From Crocosphaera subtropica ATCC 51142 (GTDB lineage Bacteria > Cyanobacteriota > Cyanobacteriia > Cyanobacteriales > Microcystaceae): a stretch of 32,000 nucleotides of DNA. The stretch spans positions 4,020,001 to 4,052,000 of the forward strand of contig NC_010546.1 of assembly GCF_000017845.1 (NCBI RefSeq), read 5' to 3'. The notes below the pieces were generated by a model. That model did no database searches. It was not told where the DNA came from and saw only the letters and a list, made by a program, of their open reading frames with translations. Made by a program: the position numbers and the translations under genes. Of the stretch, positions 1 to 8,595 are shown in pieces. Each line of letters starts with the position of its first letter. Position 1 is the first letter of the stretch.

Positions 1-231
1 AAAACTAGAAACATGATGAATCAGTTGATCTGCTTGTTCCACATGAGCGATCGCTTCTCGATAATGATGATCCATCTCAATATAACTCGGTAATAATAAC
101 AGGGGAGCAACTTTTGAAACGGGGCGACGTATCATAGGATAAGGTAAGTTTACGAGGGAAATGAGTCCCACTAAACCTGCAGCTGTAACCGTTGTAATAC
201 CTAAACTCCAAGCAATTAGTTTTAGTTTCAT
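1..231 (-). CDS. hypothetical N-terminally membrane-anchored protein; 3' end lies outside the window
   Basis: Absent from the ORF track because there is no stop inside the window. An ATG at 231..229 opens a frame that stays open to position 1 (77 codons): MKLKLIAWSLGITTVTAAGLVGLISLVNLPYPMIRRPVSKVAPLLLLPSYIEMDHHYREAIAHVEQADQLIHHVSSF. The N-terminus is hydrophobic. The track ORF 77..271 in another frame looks like noise. Confidence 0.4.
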   Translation of the reverse strand, partial: MKLKLIAWSLGITTVTAAGLVGLISLVNLPYPMIRRPVSKVAPLLLLPSYIEMDHHYREAIAHVEQADQLIHHVSSF

Positions 232-326
232 CTTTGATCATAATTGGTAAACTCATCATTAGTATTCCCAATATTGATGAATTTGCTAAAATTTATCTTT
301 ATTAATTGATATGTAATTCTTTCATG

Positions 327-1439
327 TCACAAAACGGGAAGAGCAATAATATGTAAATCAATCTCTTTAAGATGTCTAATAAGTCGTTGTACAATTGAAC
401 CTTGAAGGAACAACTTCCAACGAGATTGTTGAGTTTGTCCGATGACAATTTGGGTAATATGATATTGTTTCGCTGTCTCCGCGATCGCTTTGACTACATC
501 AACATGGGTTATCTGTAAAAATTCTCCTCCGAGTGATTGACATAATTGTTCACACATTTCAAGATAAAGGGTATCATTCTTGCTTAAAAACTGCTCAGGA
601 TGGGAAACAAATAAGACGTAAAGTCGTCCCTTTAATTGACTGACTAATCTGGCACCCCGACGAATTAAACGGGATGAGTTAGGGTTAGTAGATATTGTAA
701 CTAAAATGCGTTCTTGAACTCCATTAGAACTTTCCTTTCCCGATTTTTCAGTAGACAATTCTTCAAGATTATCGGCAACTTCTCGTAAAGCTAATTCGCG
801 CAAGGCAACTAAATTGCGATACTGGAAAAAATTGTTTAAAGACTGTTCTATTTTATGTAAATCGTAGATTTTGCCATCTTGAAGTCTTTCTTGTAAGATT
901 TCGGGAGTTATATCGACGACAACAACTTCATCTGCTTCATCTAATAATCGATCAGGAATTCGTTCTCTAACACTAATTCCCGTAATTTTTATCACTAAGT
1001 CTTTTAAACTTTCTAAATGCTGAATGTTAACGGTAGAAAAAACGTTTAGCCCCGATTCTAAAAGATATTCTACATCTTGATAGCGTTTTTCGTGCAAAGA
1101 ACCAGGAACATTCGTATGTGCCAATTCATCCACTAAAACAAGTTGAGGTGAACGAGCTAAAATCCCGTCAACATTCATCTCTTTTAGGGATATATTTTGA
1201 TAATTGACTGCTAATAAAGGAATTCTTTCTAATCCTTCTGCTTGTTCTGCGGTTTCTTCTCGATTATGGGTTTCCAGTAACCCGATGACGACATCAGTAC
1301 CTTGTTCTTTGAGCGCTTGAGCATCTTGAAGCATTCGGTAAGTTTTGCCGACACCGGGAGCCATACCGATATAAATTCGGTGTTTTCCTCGATGAGAAAC
1401 TGACAACAAGGATGGAGTTATGTTGTTTTGACTGAGCAT
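327..1439 (-). CDS. kdpD: truncated KdpD: N-terminal KdpD sensor domain plus Usp-like domain, with no transmembrane or kinase part
   Basis: 370 aa. It has the P-loop-like GMAPGVGKTYRML and the LVLVDELAHTN motif typical of the KdpD N-terminal domain, and a C-terminal Usp-like fold (ERILVTIS...VVKAIAETAKQYHITQIVIGQ). It lacks an H-box and an ATPase domain. This matches the short KdpD reported for cyanobacteria. Confidence 0.85.
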   Translation of the reverse strand: MLSQNNITPSLLSVSHRGKHRIYIGMAPGVGKTYRMLQDAQALKEQGTDVVIGLLETHNREETAEQAEGLERIPLLAVNYQNISLKEMNVDGILARSPQLVLVDELAHTNVPGSLHEKRYQDVEYLLESGLNVFSTVNIQHLESLKDLVIKITGISVRERIPDRLLDEADEVVVVDITPEILQERLQDGKIYDLHKIEQSLNNFFQYRNLVALRELALREVADNLEELSTEKSGKESSNGVQERILVTISTNPNSSRLIRRGARLVSQLKGRLYVLFVSHPEQFLSKNDTLYLEMCEQLCQSLGGEFLQITHVDVVKAIAETAKQYHITQIVIGQTQQSRWKLFLQGSIVQRLIRHLKEIDLHIIALPVL

Positions 1440-1503
1440 ACAATTATAATTAGTTCAAAGAATCAAAGTAAACGTATTTTTTTGAAACTATATTGAGGTT
1501 AGA

Positions 1504-1920
1504 ATGTCTGATTTAGGGTTAACTCATATTGCTTTAGAGGTAACTGATATTGACAAAAGTATTGAATTTTATCAAAAGTATGCCCGTATGAAAATTGTGC
1601 ATCGTCGAGTTGATGAAAAAACTCAAGTTGATGTTGCTTGGATTAGTGATTTAACCCGCCCTTTTGTAATTGTTTTATTAAAAATGCCAAAAATAAAGGG
1701 TAAACTACTTCCACAATCTCATCTAGGTGTTGCCTTAGAAAGTCGAGAAATGGTTGATCTTTATTGTCAGGAAGCTTCAGCAGAAGGACTCTTAATTGAT
1801 GGGCCGAATGATTGGGGGTTTCCTGTTGGTTATTGGGCTTATTTACAAGATCCTGACGGGCATACTTTAGAGATTTCTTTTGGTCAGATGATTAAATTCA
1901 CAGTCGAACAATCCATTTAA
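1504..1920 (+). CDS. VOC (glyoxalase/bleomycin-resistance/dioxygenase) family protein
   Basis: 138 aa. LTHIALEVTDIDKSIEFYQKY and YLQDPDGHTLEI are typical VOC beta-alpha-beta-beta-beta module signatures. It is convergent with kdpC and divergent from kdpD. Confidence 0.7.
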   Translation: MSDLGLTHIALEVTDIDKSIEFYQKYARMKIVHRRVDEKTQVDVAWISDLTRPFVIVLLKMPKIKGKLLPQSHLGVALESREMVDLYCQEASAEGLLIDGPNDWGFPVGYWAYLQDPDGHTLEISFGQMIKFTVEQSI

Positions 1921-1947
1921 TAAACTATCTTAAGTTTTTAATTTTTG

Positions 1948-2078
1948 GAGACTGTTTATAAATAGAATCTTAAGACGGTAGGGTGGGCAAATTAAAGACT
2001 TATCTAAACTAACTTCATCCTTGAAAACCTTGCCCACCCTACAAAATTCGTTGTTATTATTTCTTGAGGAACAGTCTC
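1948..2078. repeat. nested inverted-repeat element, either a bidirectional terminator or a small MITE-like palindrome
   Basis: The inner arms are a perfect 13 bp, GTAGGGTGGGCAA (1978..1990) and TTGCCCACCCTAC (2030..2042), with a 39-nt spacer. The outer arms are 9 bp, GAGACTGTT (1948..1956) and AACAGTCTC (2070..2078). It lies between the convergent stops of the VOC gene and kdpC. Confidence 0.5.
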
Positions 2079-2137
2079 TCAGGGTTTAAGCCTGTAATTT
2101 TTAATCGTTTTACATCTTAGGTTTGATAGAGCCGTTT

Positions 2138-2713
2138 TTAGGAAATTTCATCTAATGCTAAATTAAGCGTTAGCACATTAACCCCAGGTTCCCCAAAAAT
2201 ACTTAAAAAGCGTTTATTTGTGTGCTTTTTAATCAATATTTCTAATTGATTTACATCAAGATTACGACTTGCTGCAATACGAGGTATTTGTAGACGGGCA
2301 GATTCGAGGGTAATATGAGGATCTAAGCCCGAACCAGAGGTATAAACTAGGTCAGCAGTCGGTTCAATTTGTGCTTGTTTTAGATTAAATATTGTCTGTT
2401 CAACTCGTTGAATTAATTCAGGGTTACTGGGGGCTAAATTACTGGCACCAGAAAGTCCTGTCGGTTTTGCGTCTTCTCCTTCGCTGTAATTAATGACACT
2501 AGGACGAGATATAAAATAGCGTTCTGAGGTGAAAGTTTGACCGATTAAAGCTGAACCAATTATCTGATTTTGATTGTTTTTAATTAAACTCCCATTAGCT
2601 TGATAAGGAAAAACAGTTTGACCGATAAAAATCAGAAAAAAAGGATAAATTAATGCTGTTAATATCCACAAAATTACGCTACTCCGAATTGCAGTAATTA
2701 TCTCTTTAATCAT
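2138..2713 (-). CDS. kdpC: K+-transporting ATPase subunit C
   Basis: 191 aa with one N-terminal TM helix. The motifs SGASNLAPSNPEL and YTSGSGLDPHIT are KdpC hallmarks. AGGAGA lies 7 nt upstream of the ATG. Confidence 0.9.
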   Translation of the reverse strand: MIKEIITAIRSSVILWILTALIYPFFLIFIGQTVFPYQANGSLIKNNQNQIIGSALIGQTFTSERYFISRPSVINYSEGEDAKPTGLSGASNLAPSNPELIQRVEQTIFNLKQAQIEPTADLVYTSGSGLDPHITLESARLQIPRIAASRNLDVNQLEILIKKHTNKRFLSIFGEPGVNVLTLNLALDEIS

Positions 2714-2732
2714 GGTTTTATTCTCCTATAGT

Positions 2733-2891
2733 TTAAGTTTTTTTTTCTTGGGATGTATTTGTTTCTGAAGTAGAGGAATGTTTTTGTCTAGACCGATCTA
2801 GTTTAATTTTTTCTAATCCTTTACGAATTCGTCTACGTTGCATAGCATCACGAATTTGTTCAATAATTTCGGTTAAAAAGTTGATTTTCAT
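2733..2891 (-). CDS. unannotated 52-aa highly basic soluble ORF between the kdpG-like ORF and kdpC
   Basis: My own translation is MKINFLTEIIEQIRDAMQRRRIRKGLEKIKLDRSRQKHSSTSETNTSQEKKT. The ATG at 2891..2889 lies 3 nt after the TAA of the upstream ORF (2895..2897). Its TAA (2735..2733) lies 19 nt before the kdpC ATG. It fills an otherwise unexplained 181-nt gap. It is below the ORF-track length cutoff and I recognise no family. Confidence 0.3.
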   Translation of the reverse strand: MKINFLTEIIEQIRDAMQRRRIRKGLEKIKLDRSRQKHSSTSETNTSQEKKT

Positions 2892-2894
2892 GGG

Positions 2895-3155
2895 TTAAAA
2901 TCGCTCCGGCTGAAAAATGACAATGAATAAGTAAATGGATAAGCTAATAGTTACTAGCAAAAGTATGCCTAGAGCATAAACAGTATTACGGGCAATGGTG
3001 GCTCCTGTTGCTCCATAAATTGTCGAAGCAAATAGCGTATTTAAACAAAGTGCTAAAAAAAGAGAAATGGCTAAGCTTTGTTTTGAGATTCTTTTGCCTA
3101 AAAAAGTAATCAACGGTTTCAATTGTGTTGTTTTAATCATTGGAATTTTCTCCAT
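2895..3155 (-). CDS. small hydrophobic KdpG-like membrane protein
   Basis: 86 aa with two predicted TM stretches (LAISLFLALCLNTLFASTIYG and VYALGILLLVTISLSIYLFIVIF). It sits between kdpB and kdpC, as reported for kdpG in the cyanobacterial kdpABGCD operon. Confidence 0.5.
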   Translation of the reverse strand: MEKIPMIKTTQLKPLITFLGKRISKQSLAISLFLALCLNTLFASTIYGATGATIARNTVYALGILLLVTISLSIYLFIVIFQPERF

Positions 3156-3157
3156 AA

Positions 3158-3835
3158 TTAATATGTGAATCGAGGATAATTTTGCTTAAAAGTTGTCGCT
3201 TGATCAAGATTATTTCGAGCCGGTTCATAGGTAGGATCAAGATCAAAGGCCGCACGGTAGAGTTTAATGGCTTCGAGGGTGTTTCCTTTCTTTTCTATAA
3301 TCTCTCCGAGCAGGTTTAAAGCGTCTGGGCGAGAAGGCTGAATAATTAGGGCTTCTTTGGCTAATTTTTGAGCCGTTTCATAGTTTTTATCTTTAAATTG
3401 CTCCTGTGCTGTGGTCATTAAGCTGTCATAGTCTAAATGTTCACCATGAGCAGGAAACGAACGACTCAAAGCTTCTAAGACAAGGGTTTGCACAGTTTCT
3501 CGGCTGAGGGGTTTATTAAGATAGTCATGGGGTTTTTCCAGAAAATCCATTGCTCCTAATTTCATGGCATTAACAGCTTCAGCAATATTATGATGAGCCG
3601 AAATAGCAATAATTCTCACCCCAGGATAAAGAAGAATGATTTGTTCTAATAAGCTGATACCATTGGCATCAATATCAAGCAGCACTAGCTCAATGTTTTC
3701 CTTTTCAAGAATTTGATAAATTAAGGTTTCTTCTTCCGCACAAAAGACTTGATAATTTGCGTCTTCAAGATATTGGGTAATCGTTAACCGTTCGGTTTTA
3801 TCAGGATCAATTATCAAAATTTTTTGACCGTTCAT
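3158..3835 (-). CDS. single-domain response regulator (REC) fused to TPR repeats, embedded in the kdp operon
   Basis: 225 aa. Receiver hallmarks are ILIIDPD, LVLLDID, IIAISAH and KLGAMDFLEKP. The C-terminus has TPR-like repeats (NYETAQKLAKEALIIQP and ALNLLGEIIEKKGNTLEAIKLYRAAFDLDPTYEPARNNL). There is no HTH output. AAGGAGAG lies ~8 nt upstream of the ATG, and the stop is 2 nt from the next ATG. Confidence 0.8.
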   Translation of the reverse strand: MNGQKILIIDPDKTERLTITQYLEDANYQVFCAEEETLIYQILEKENIELVLLDIDANGISLLEQIILLYPGVRIIAISAHHNIAEAVNAMKLGAMDFLEKPHDYLNKPLSRETVQTLVLEALSRSFPAHGEHLDYDSLMTTAQEQFKDKNYETAQKLAKEALIIQPSRPDALNLLGEIIEKKGNTLEAIKLYRAAFDLDPTYEPARNNLDQATTFKQNYPRFTY

Positions 3836-3868
3836 GGTGAAACTCTCCTTAAAATCGAGATAAATTAT

Positions 3869-5965
3869 TTAAACTAATCCAATGGCAACAATACCCCAAT
3901 CAATCAATTTAATGCCGATAAATGGCGCAATAATACCCCCTAACCCATAAATTAGGATATTGCGTTGTAACAATTGATTGGCAGTTAAAGGGCGAAATTT
4001 CACCCCTGTCAGAGCAAGGGGAATTAAAATCGGGATAATTAGGGCGTTATAAATCAAAGCAGAGAGGATAGCGGACTGTGCGCTGGCTAATCCCATCAAA
4101 TTGAGGCTTCCCAGTCCTAGAGAGGCAAACATCGCCGGAATAATCGCAAAATACTTCGCAATATCATTCGCCAGGGAAAAAGTGGTTAATGCTCCTCTAG
4201 TGATCAGTAATTGTTTACCAATGGTGACTAAATCAATTAGTTTCGTGGGGTCAGAGTCCAAATCAACCATATTTGCAGCTTCTTTCGCCGCTTGTGTGCC
4301 AGAATTCATGGCTAATCCCACATTTGCTTGAGCTAGGGCGGGTGCATCATTGGTTCCGTCCCCTGTCATAGCAACTAATTTCCCTTTTCCTTGTTCTTGT
4401 TGAATGACCCGAATCTTGTCTTCGGGAGTCGCTTCGGCAATATAGTCATCTACCCCGGCTTCTTGGGCAATAACAGACGCAGTAATACGATTATCTCCCG
4501 TTAACATCACACTACGGACTCCCATGCGTCTTAGCTGGTCAAACCGTTCTCTCATTCCAGGTTTAATAATATCCTTGAGATAAATCACCCCATAAACTTC
4601 CCCGTTGAGAGCCACGGCTAAGGGGGTTCCCCCGAGGCGGGAGACTTTTTCGTAAGCATGATCGAGATCCGCCTTAAAATCCCCTCCTCTTGAGCGCACA
4701 AAGCCTTTTATAGCATCAACTGCCCCTTTTCGGGCTTCTGAACCATCAGGCAAGTTGGTGCCACTCATGCGAGTTCTGGCGGAGAATTCAACCCCTTCGG
4801 CTTCAGTTTCTCTAAAATCGGTTTTTGCTCCTAATTGCTTGGCCAATTTAACGATAGATTTGCCTTCGGGCGTATTATCAAACAAACTAGACGCTAGAGC
4901 AATTTCGGCTACTTCCTGTTGAGAATGACCATTAACTGAAATAAATTCCTCTGCCAAACGGTTTCCTAGGGTAATTGTGCCTGTTTTGTCTAAAACCAGG
5001 GTATTGATGTCCCCACAGGCTTCTACGGCTCTCCCAGAGGTGGCTACGACGTTAAACTGGGCAACTCTATCCATGCCTGCAATGCCAATAGCACTTAATA
5101 GGCCGCCAATGGTGGTAGGAATGAGAGCAACCAGTAAGGCGACTAAGGTAACAATACCCACAGGACTCCCTACATAATTAGCGATCGGGGGAATAGTGGC
5201 AACAACCACTAACAAAACTTGAGTTAAAACGGCTAGAAGGACAGTTAAAGCAATTTCGTTCGGGGTTTTGCTTCTTTCTGCCCCTTCTACCAGAGAAATC
5301 ATGCGTTCTAAAAAGCCTTTGCCTGGGTCGGCAGTGACTTTAATGATTAATTCATCTGAGATCACTTTAGTGCCTCCCGTCACGGAACTGGCAACATCAG
5401 ATCCCGGTTCTTTCAAAACAGGAGCGGATTCCCCCGTAATGGCTGATTCATCCACAGAAGCAACCCCTTCTAACACTTCTCCGTCGGCTGGTATCATTTC
5501 TCCTGTACTTACTTTCACTCTGTCCCCTTTTCGTAATTCCGTAGAACTAACTTCCTCGGTTGAACCGTTGAGTAAGCGATGAGCAATGGTATCCCCTTTG
5601 GTGGAACGTAATGAGTCAGCTTGGGCTTTTCCTCGTCCTTCTGCAACCGCTTCCGCAAAGTTGGCAAAGAGAACCGTTAAAAATAGAATAATTGTGACCA
5701 ATCCATTAAATAATCGTTGATTTTCCCCTGAAACTGTCCCAAATAAAGCAGGGTTGAGGGTTAATAAGGCGGTGATGATGGTTTCCACCCAAACCACGAA
5801 CATAACGGGGTTTTTGAGCATTATTCGGGGATTTAACTTGATAAATGCGTCTTTGATCGCTCGTTTATATAAGCCTTGGGTATTAACTCGTTTTCGCTTT
5901 TTCTGTTGACGGTGGTTAGAACGGGAAGGTTGATGAGGAAGTTTGCTTTTTTGTTCGGTTTTCAT
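3869..5965 (-). CDS. kdpB: K+-transporting P-type ATPase subunit B
   Basis: 698 aa. It has DKTGTIT (phosphorylation site), [15 protein letters not shown], and TGES in the actuator domain. The overall layout is P1A-type KdpB. Confidence 0.95.
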   Translation of the reverse strand: MKTEQKSKLPHQPSRSNHRQQKKRKRVNTQGLYKRAIKDAFIKLNPRIMLKNPVMFVVWVETIITALLTLNPALFGTVSGENQRLFNGLVTIILFLTVLFANFAEAVAEGRGKAQADSLRSTKGDTIAHRLLNGSTEEVSSTELRKGDRVKVSTGEMIPADGEVLEGVASVDESAITGESAPVLKEPGSDVASSVTGGTKVISDELIIKVTADPGKGFLERMISLVEGAERSKTPNEIALTVLLAVLTQVLLVVVATIPPIANYVGSPVGIVTLVALLVALIPTTIGGLLSAIGIAGMDRVAQFNVVATSGRAVEACGDINTLVLDKTGTITLGNRLAEEFISVNGHSQQEVAEIALASSLFDNTPEGKSIVKLAKQLGAKTDFRETEAEGVEFSARTRMSGTNLPDGSEARKGAVDAIKGFVRSRGGDFKADLDHAYEKVSRLGGTPLAVALNGEVYGVIYLKDIIKPGMRERFDQLRRMGVRSVMLTGDNRITASVIAQEAGVDDYIAEATPEDKIRVIQQEQGKGKLVAMTGDGTNDAPALAQANVGLAMNSGTQAAKEAANMVDLDSDPTKLIDLVTIGKQLLITRGALTTFSLANDIAKYFAIIPAMFASLGLGSLNLMGLASAQSAILSALIYNALIIPILIPLALTGVKFRPLTANQLLQRNILIYGLGGIIAPFIGIKLIDWGIVAIGLV

Positions 5966-6011
5966 GATTTTATGACTGTTTTTTACGATTAATGCTAGGT
6001 TTTAACTCCAA

Positions 6012-7691
6012 TTAAGAGGCTAATTTCAAGGCTTCTGCAATGGGGCCTGAAGCTAAAACGGGTAAGAAGGTTAACGCCCCTAAAATGAGGATTACGCCTG
6101 CGGTTACTCCAGTAAATAAGCCTGTATCTGTTCTCAGGGTTCCTCTTGTTTCAGGAACAGGCTGTTTCTGCCTCATGCTTTCTGCTAGGAGCAATAGCGC
6201 AATAATGGGAATATATCGACCGAATAATAGAGCAACACTTGTAGTCAAATTCCACCACAGGGTATTGTCTCCTAACCCTTCAAACCCTGACCCGTTATTG
6301 GCGGCCGCAGAGGCATATTCATAAATCACTTGGGAAATTCCATGAAAGCCAGAATTACTGATTCCAGAAAGAATTTCAGGAAAAGCAAGGGTAATAGCCC
6401 CAGGAATAAGAATGGCGAAAGGATGCACCAAGAGGATGACACTAGCGAGAACAATCTCTCGTTTTTCAATCTTACGTCCCAGGAATTCTGGCGATCGCCC
6501 GACCATTAACCCTGTCAGAAAAACAGTGAGAATCAAAAATATGAAGAGATAAGCAGTTCCTGTCCCTTGTCCACCCCAGATAATTTGTAAAAACAGATTA
6601 AAAAGGGTAGAAAAGCCTCCTAATGGCATCAAAGAATCGTGCATACCATTGACAGCACCGCACATGGTTCCTGTGGTACTAATTGCCCAAAGTGCGGTTT
6701 GCGCCCAACCAAAACGGATTTCTTTCCCTTCTAAATTGGGCTGTGATGTGTTTAATAAATTGTTAATTAATGGATTACCTTGATATTCACCAATAGCGGT
6801 TATTCCTACTAAGAAAATGTAGATAATAAAGACCATCCAAAACAGTAACCAAGCTTGCTTTTTATTTCCCATAATCACGCCGTAGGTATAGATAAGAGAG
6901 GTGGGAATTGATAGCATTAATAAGGTTTCAATTAAGTTAGTTAAACCATTGGGATTTTCAAAGGGATGAGATGAATTAATTCCAAAAAATCCCCCGCCAT
7001 TTTCCCCTAGTTCTTTAATACTTTCAAAATGAGCAACTGGCCCCCTGGCAATGATTTGAGTTGCCCCGTCTAAGGTAGTTAAACTAACAGGAGGAGCCAG
7101 GGTTTCAGGAACCCCTTGACTGAGTAAAATAATGGCACTAATTAAAGAAATGGGTAATAAAATTCGAGTAATGGAACGAGTTAAATCTACATAAAAATTG
7201 CCTAAACTTCGTCCTGTTAACCCTCGAATAAAGGCGATGGCAACAGCTAATCCTGTTCCGGCTGAAGTAAACATTAAAAACCCTAATGCTAACATTTGAC
7301 TAGCGTAGCTATAGGTGGTTTCTCCTGAGTAATGTTGTTGATTGGTGTTAGTGATAAAAGAAATTGCCGTATGTAATGCTAAATCCCAAGTTGGAGCGGC
7401 TAATTCCGTTGGATTTAAAGGTAATATTGCCTGAAAAGAGAAGATGAGAAATACAAAAATCCCCATCACTAAATTGCTAAAAATAACATTTTTGGCGTAT
7501 TGCCAACCGGTCATTTCTCGTTGAGAACGAACCCCACTGAGAGCATAAATTAGCTTTTCTATGGGTGATAGAAGTGAATCTAAAATAGTTTTCTCTCGAA
7601 GATAAACCTTTGCCATATAATTGCCAAAAATCGGCACAATGATTATTAAAATGAGTAAGGTAAACCCTATTTGAATTAATCCTTGAATCAT
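6012..7691 (-). CDS. kdpA: K+-transporting ATPase subunit A (channel-like)
   Basis: 559 aa and polytopic. The motifs [25 protein letters not shown] and ANNGSGF match the four KdpA selectivity-filter-like loops. Confidence 0.95.
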   Translation of the reverse strand: MIQGLIQIGFTLLILIIIVPIFGNYMAKVYLREKTILDSLLSPIEKLIYALSGVRSQREMTGWQYAKNVIFSNLVMGIFVFLIFSFQAILPLNPTELAAPTWDLALHTAISFITNTNQQHYSGETTYSYASQMLALGFLMFTSAGTGLAVAIAFIRGLTGRSLGNFYVDLTRSITRILLPISLISAIILLSQGVPETLAPPVSLTTLDGATQIIARGPVAHFESIKELGENGGGFFGINSSHPFENPNGLTNLIETLLMLSIPTSLIYTYGVIMGNKKQAWLLFWMVFIIYIFLVGITAIGEYQGNPLINNLLNTSQPNLEGKEIRFGWAQTALWAISTTGTMCGAVNGMHDSLMPLGGFSTLFNLFLQIIWGGQGTGTAYLFIFLILTVFLTGLMVGRSPEFLGRKIEKREIVLASVILLVHPFAILIPGAITLAFPEILSGISNSGFHGISQVIYEYASAAANNGSGFEGLGDNTLWWNLTTSVALLFGRYIPIIALLLLAESMRQKQPVPETRGTLRTDTGLFTGVTAGVILILGALTFLPVLASGPIAEALKLAS

Positions 7692-7759
7692 ACTAATTTC
7701 CTAATTACTAAAGAAAAGCATAAATTTAAAAGCGACACAAACAATGTGATAAACATCAT
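7688..7759 (-). CDS. kdpF: candidate KdpF: a 23-aa hydrophobic peptide
   Basis: My own translation is [23 protein letters not shown]. Its TGA overlaps the kdpA ATG in an ATGA junction (7691..7688). Size, hydrophobicity and position directly upstream of kdpA match KdpF. It is too short for the ORF track. Confidence 0.5.
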   Translation of the reverse strand: MMFITLFVSLLNLCFSLVIRKLV

Positions 7760-7790
7760 CTTAATTATGGCTGTTTTAACTTTTTAGAAC

Positions 7791-7913
7791 ATCTATAATT
7801 TTAAATATTTTATTTTTATAGATTATCTATACTTTAAATTTAATTGAGATATAGATAATTAAACAAGACAATATATCAACTGATATAAGCTAACTATACT
7901 TTGTGATATAGAT
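7791..7913. promoter_or_regulatory. cluster of TATAGAT/ATCTATA heptamers in the kdp promoter region (candidate operator sites)
   Basis: ATCTATA lies at 7791..7797. A perfect 15-bp palindrome TATAGAT-T-ATCTATA lies at 7817..7831. TATAGAT recurs at 7850..7856 and 7907..7913. All sit in the 320-nt AT-rich spacer between kdpF/kdpA (minus strand) and the Uma2-kinase-regulator genes (plus strand). Confidence 0.35.
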
Positions 7914-8011
7914 TGGTTAAAATAATTTTTTATGATAGTTTAAAAAAGATTAATCATCAGAATAGGGATTATGAATTATAATGAATAAATATAAATAAAT
8001 TTTGGTTAATC

Positions 8012-8584
8012 ATGGTAACAAATCACCAATTTTTTTATATCTCTCCTGAACTGTATTTAAAGGGAGAAAGAGTCAGTCCGATTAAGCATGAATATCGAAA
8101 AGGGCAAGTTTATGCAATGGTAGGCGCAAAAAAGCCTCATGTTGTTCTAGGAATCAATTTGGCAACGTTGTTAAATCTTCATCTTATAGATAGTCCCTGT
8201 CTTGTTCTAAATTCAGATATTAAAGTTAGATTAGAGGCAGCAAATTGTTATTATTATCCTGATGTTGCTGTTGTTTGTGATGAAAAAGAAATTAATAGTA
8301 CCGATGATTTTATTCTTTATCCTATCTTAGTCATAGAAGTCTTATCCAAATCAACAGAAGCTTTTGATAGGGGTGATAAATTTATTGATTATCAAACTTG
8401 TCCCACTTTACAAGAATATATCTTAGTGCATCAAGATCAAATGAAAATCGAATGTTATTCTCGTAATGAATCAGGAGTTTGGTTAGAAAAAATTTATAAC
8501 CAAGGAGATGAAGTGATGTTTTCTAGTATTGACTATTCCCTTGAAATTGAAGAAATTTATCGCAAAGTTCCAGGTTTAAATTAA
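8012..8584 (+). CDS. Uma2 (DUF820) family restriction-endonuclease-fold protein
   Basis: 190 aa. The motifs ELYLKGERVSPIKHEYRKGQVYAM, PDVAVVC and IEVLSKSTEAFDRGDKFIDYQ form the typical Uma2 PD-(D/E)xK pattern that is abundant in cyanobacteria. Confidence 0.75.
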   Translation: MVTNHQFFYISPELYLKGERVSPIKHEYRKGQVYAMVGAKKPHVVLGINLATLLNLHLIDSPCLVLNSDIKVRLEAANCYYYPDVAVVCDEKEINSTDDFILYPILVIEVLSKSTEAFDRGDKFIDYQTCPTLQEYILVHQDQMKIECYSRNESGVWLEKIYNQGDEVMFSSIDYSLEIEEIYRKVPGLN

Positions 8585-8595
8585 ACCAATAAATA

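Noticed and set aside
77-271. Track ORF of 64 aa on the minus strand
   Set aside because: The composition is odd and no family resemblance is visible. A different minus-strand frame starting at 231 stays open to the window edge and has a plausible membrane anchor, so this ORF is probably a shadow.
1504-1920. VOC gene as a functional part of the kdp operon
   Set aside because: It is on the opposite strand, convergent with kdpC, and separated from it by a strong palindrome. It is most likely an unrelated insertion between kdpC and kdpD.
4101-6324. Plus-strand ORFs 4101..4331, 4977..5177, 5268..5582 and 6040..6324
   Set aside because: They lie entirely antisense to the strongly supported kdpB and kdpA genes. 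They are rich in Ser/Pro/Ala/Thr, as is typical of antisense shadow frames.
7760-8011. c-di-AMP or other riboswitch in the kdp leader, as seen upstream of kdp in some Firmicutes
   Set aside because: The leader is extremely AT-rich, and I could see neither conserved helices nor GC-rich pairing. Only the heptamer DNA motif stands out. A covariance-model scan would be needed to exclude a riboswitch formally.
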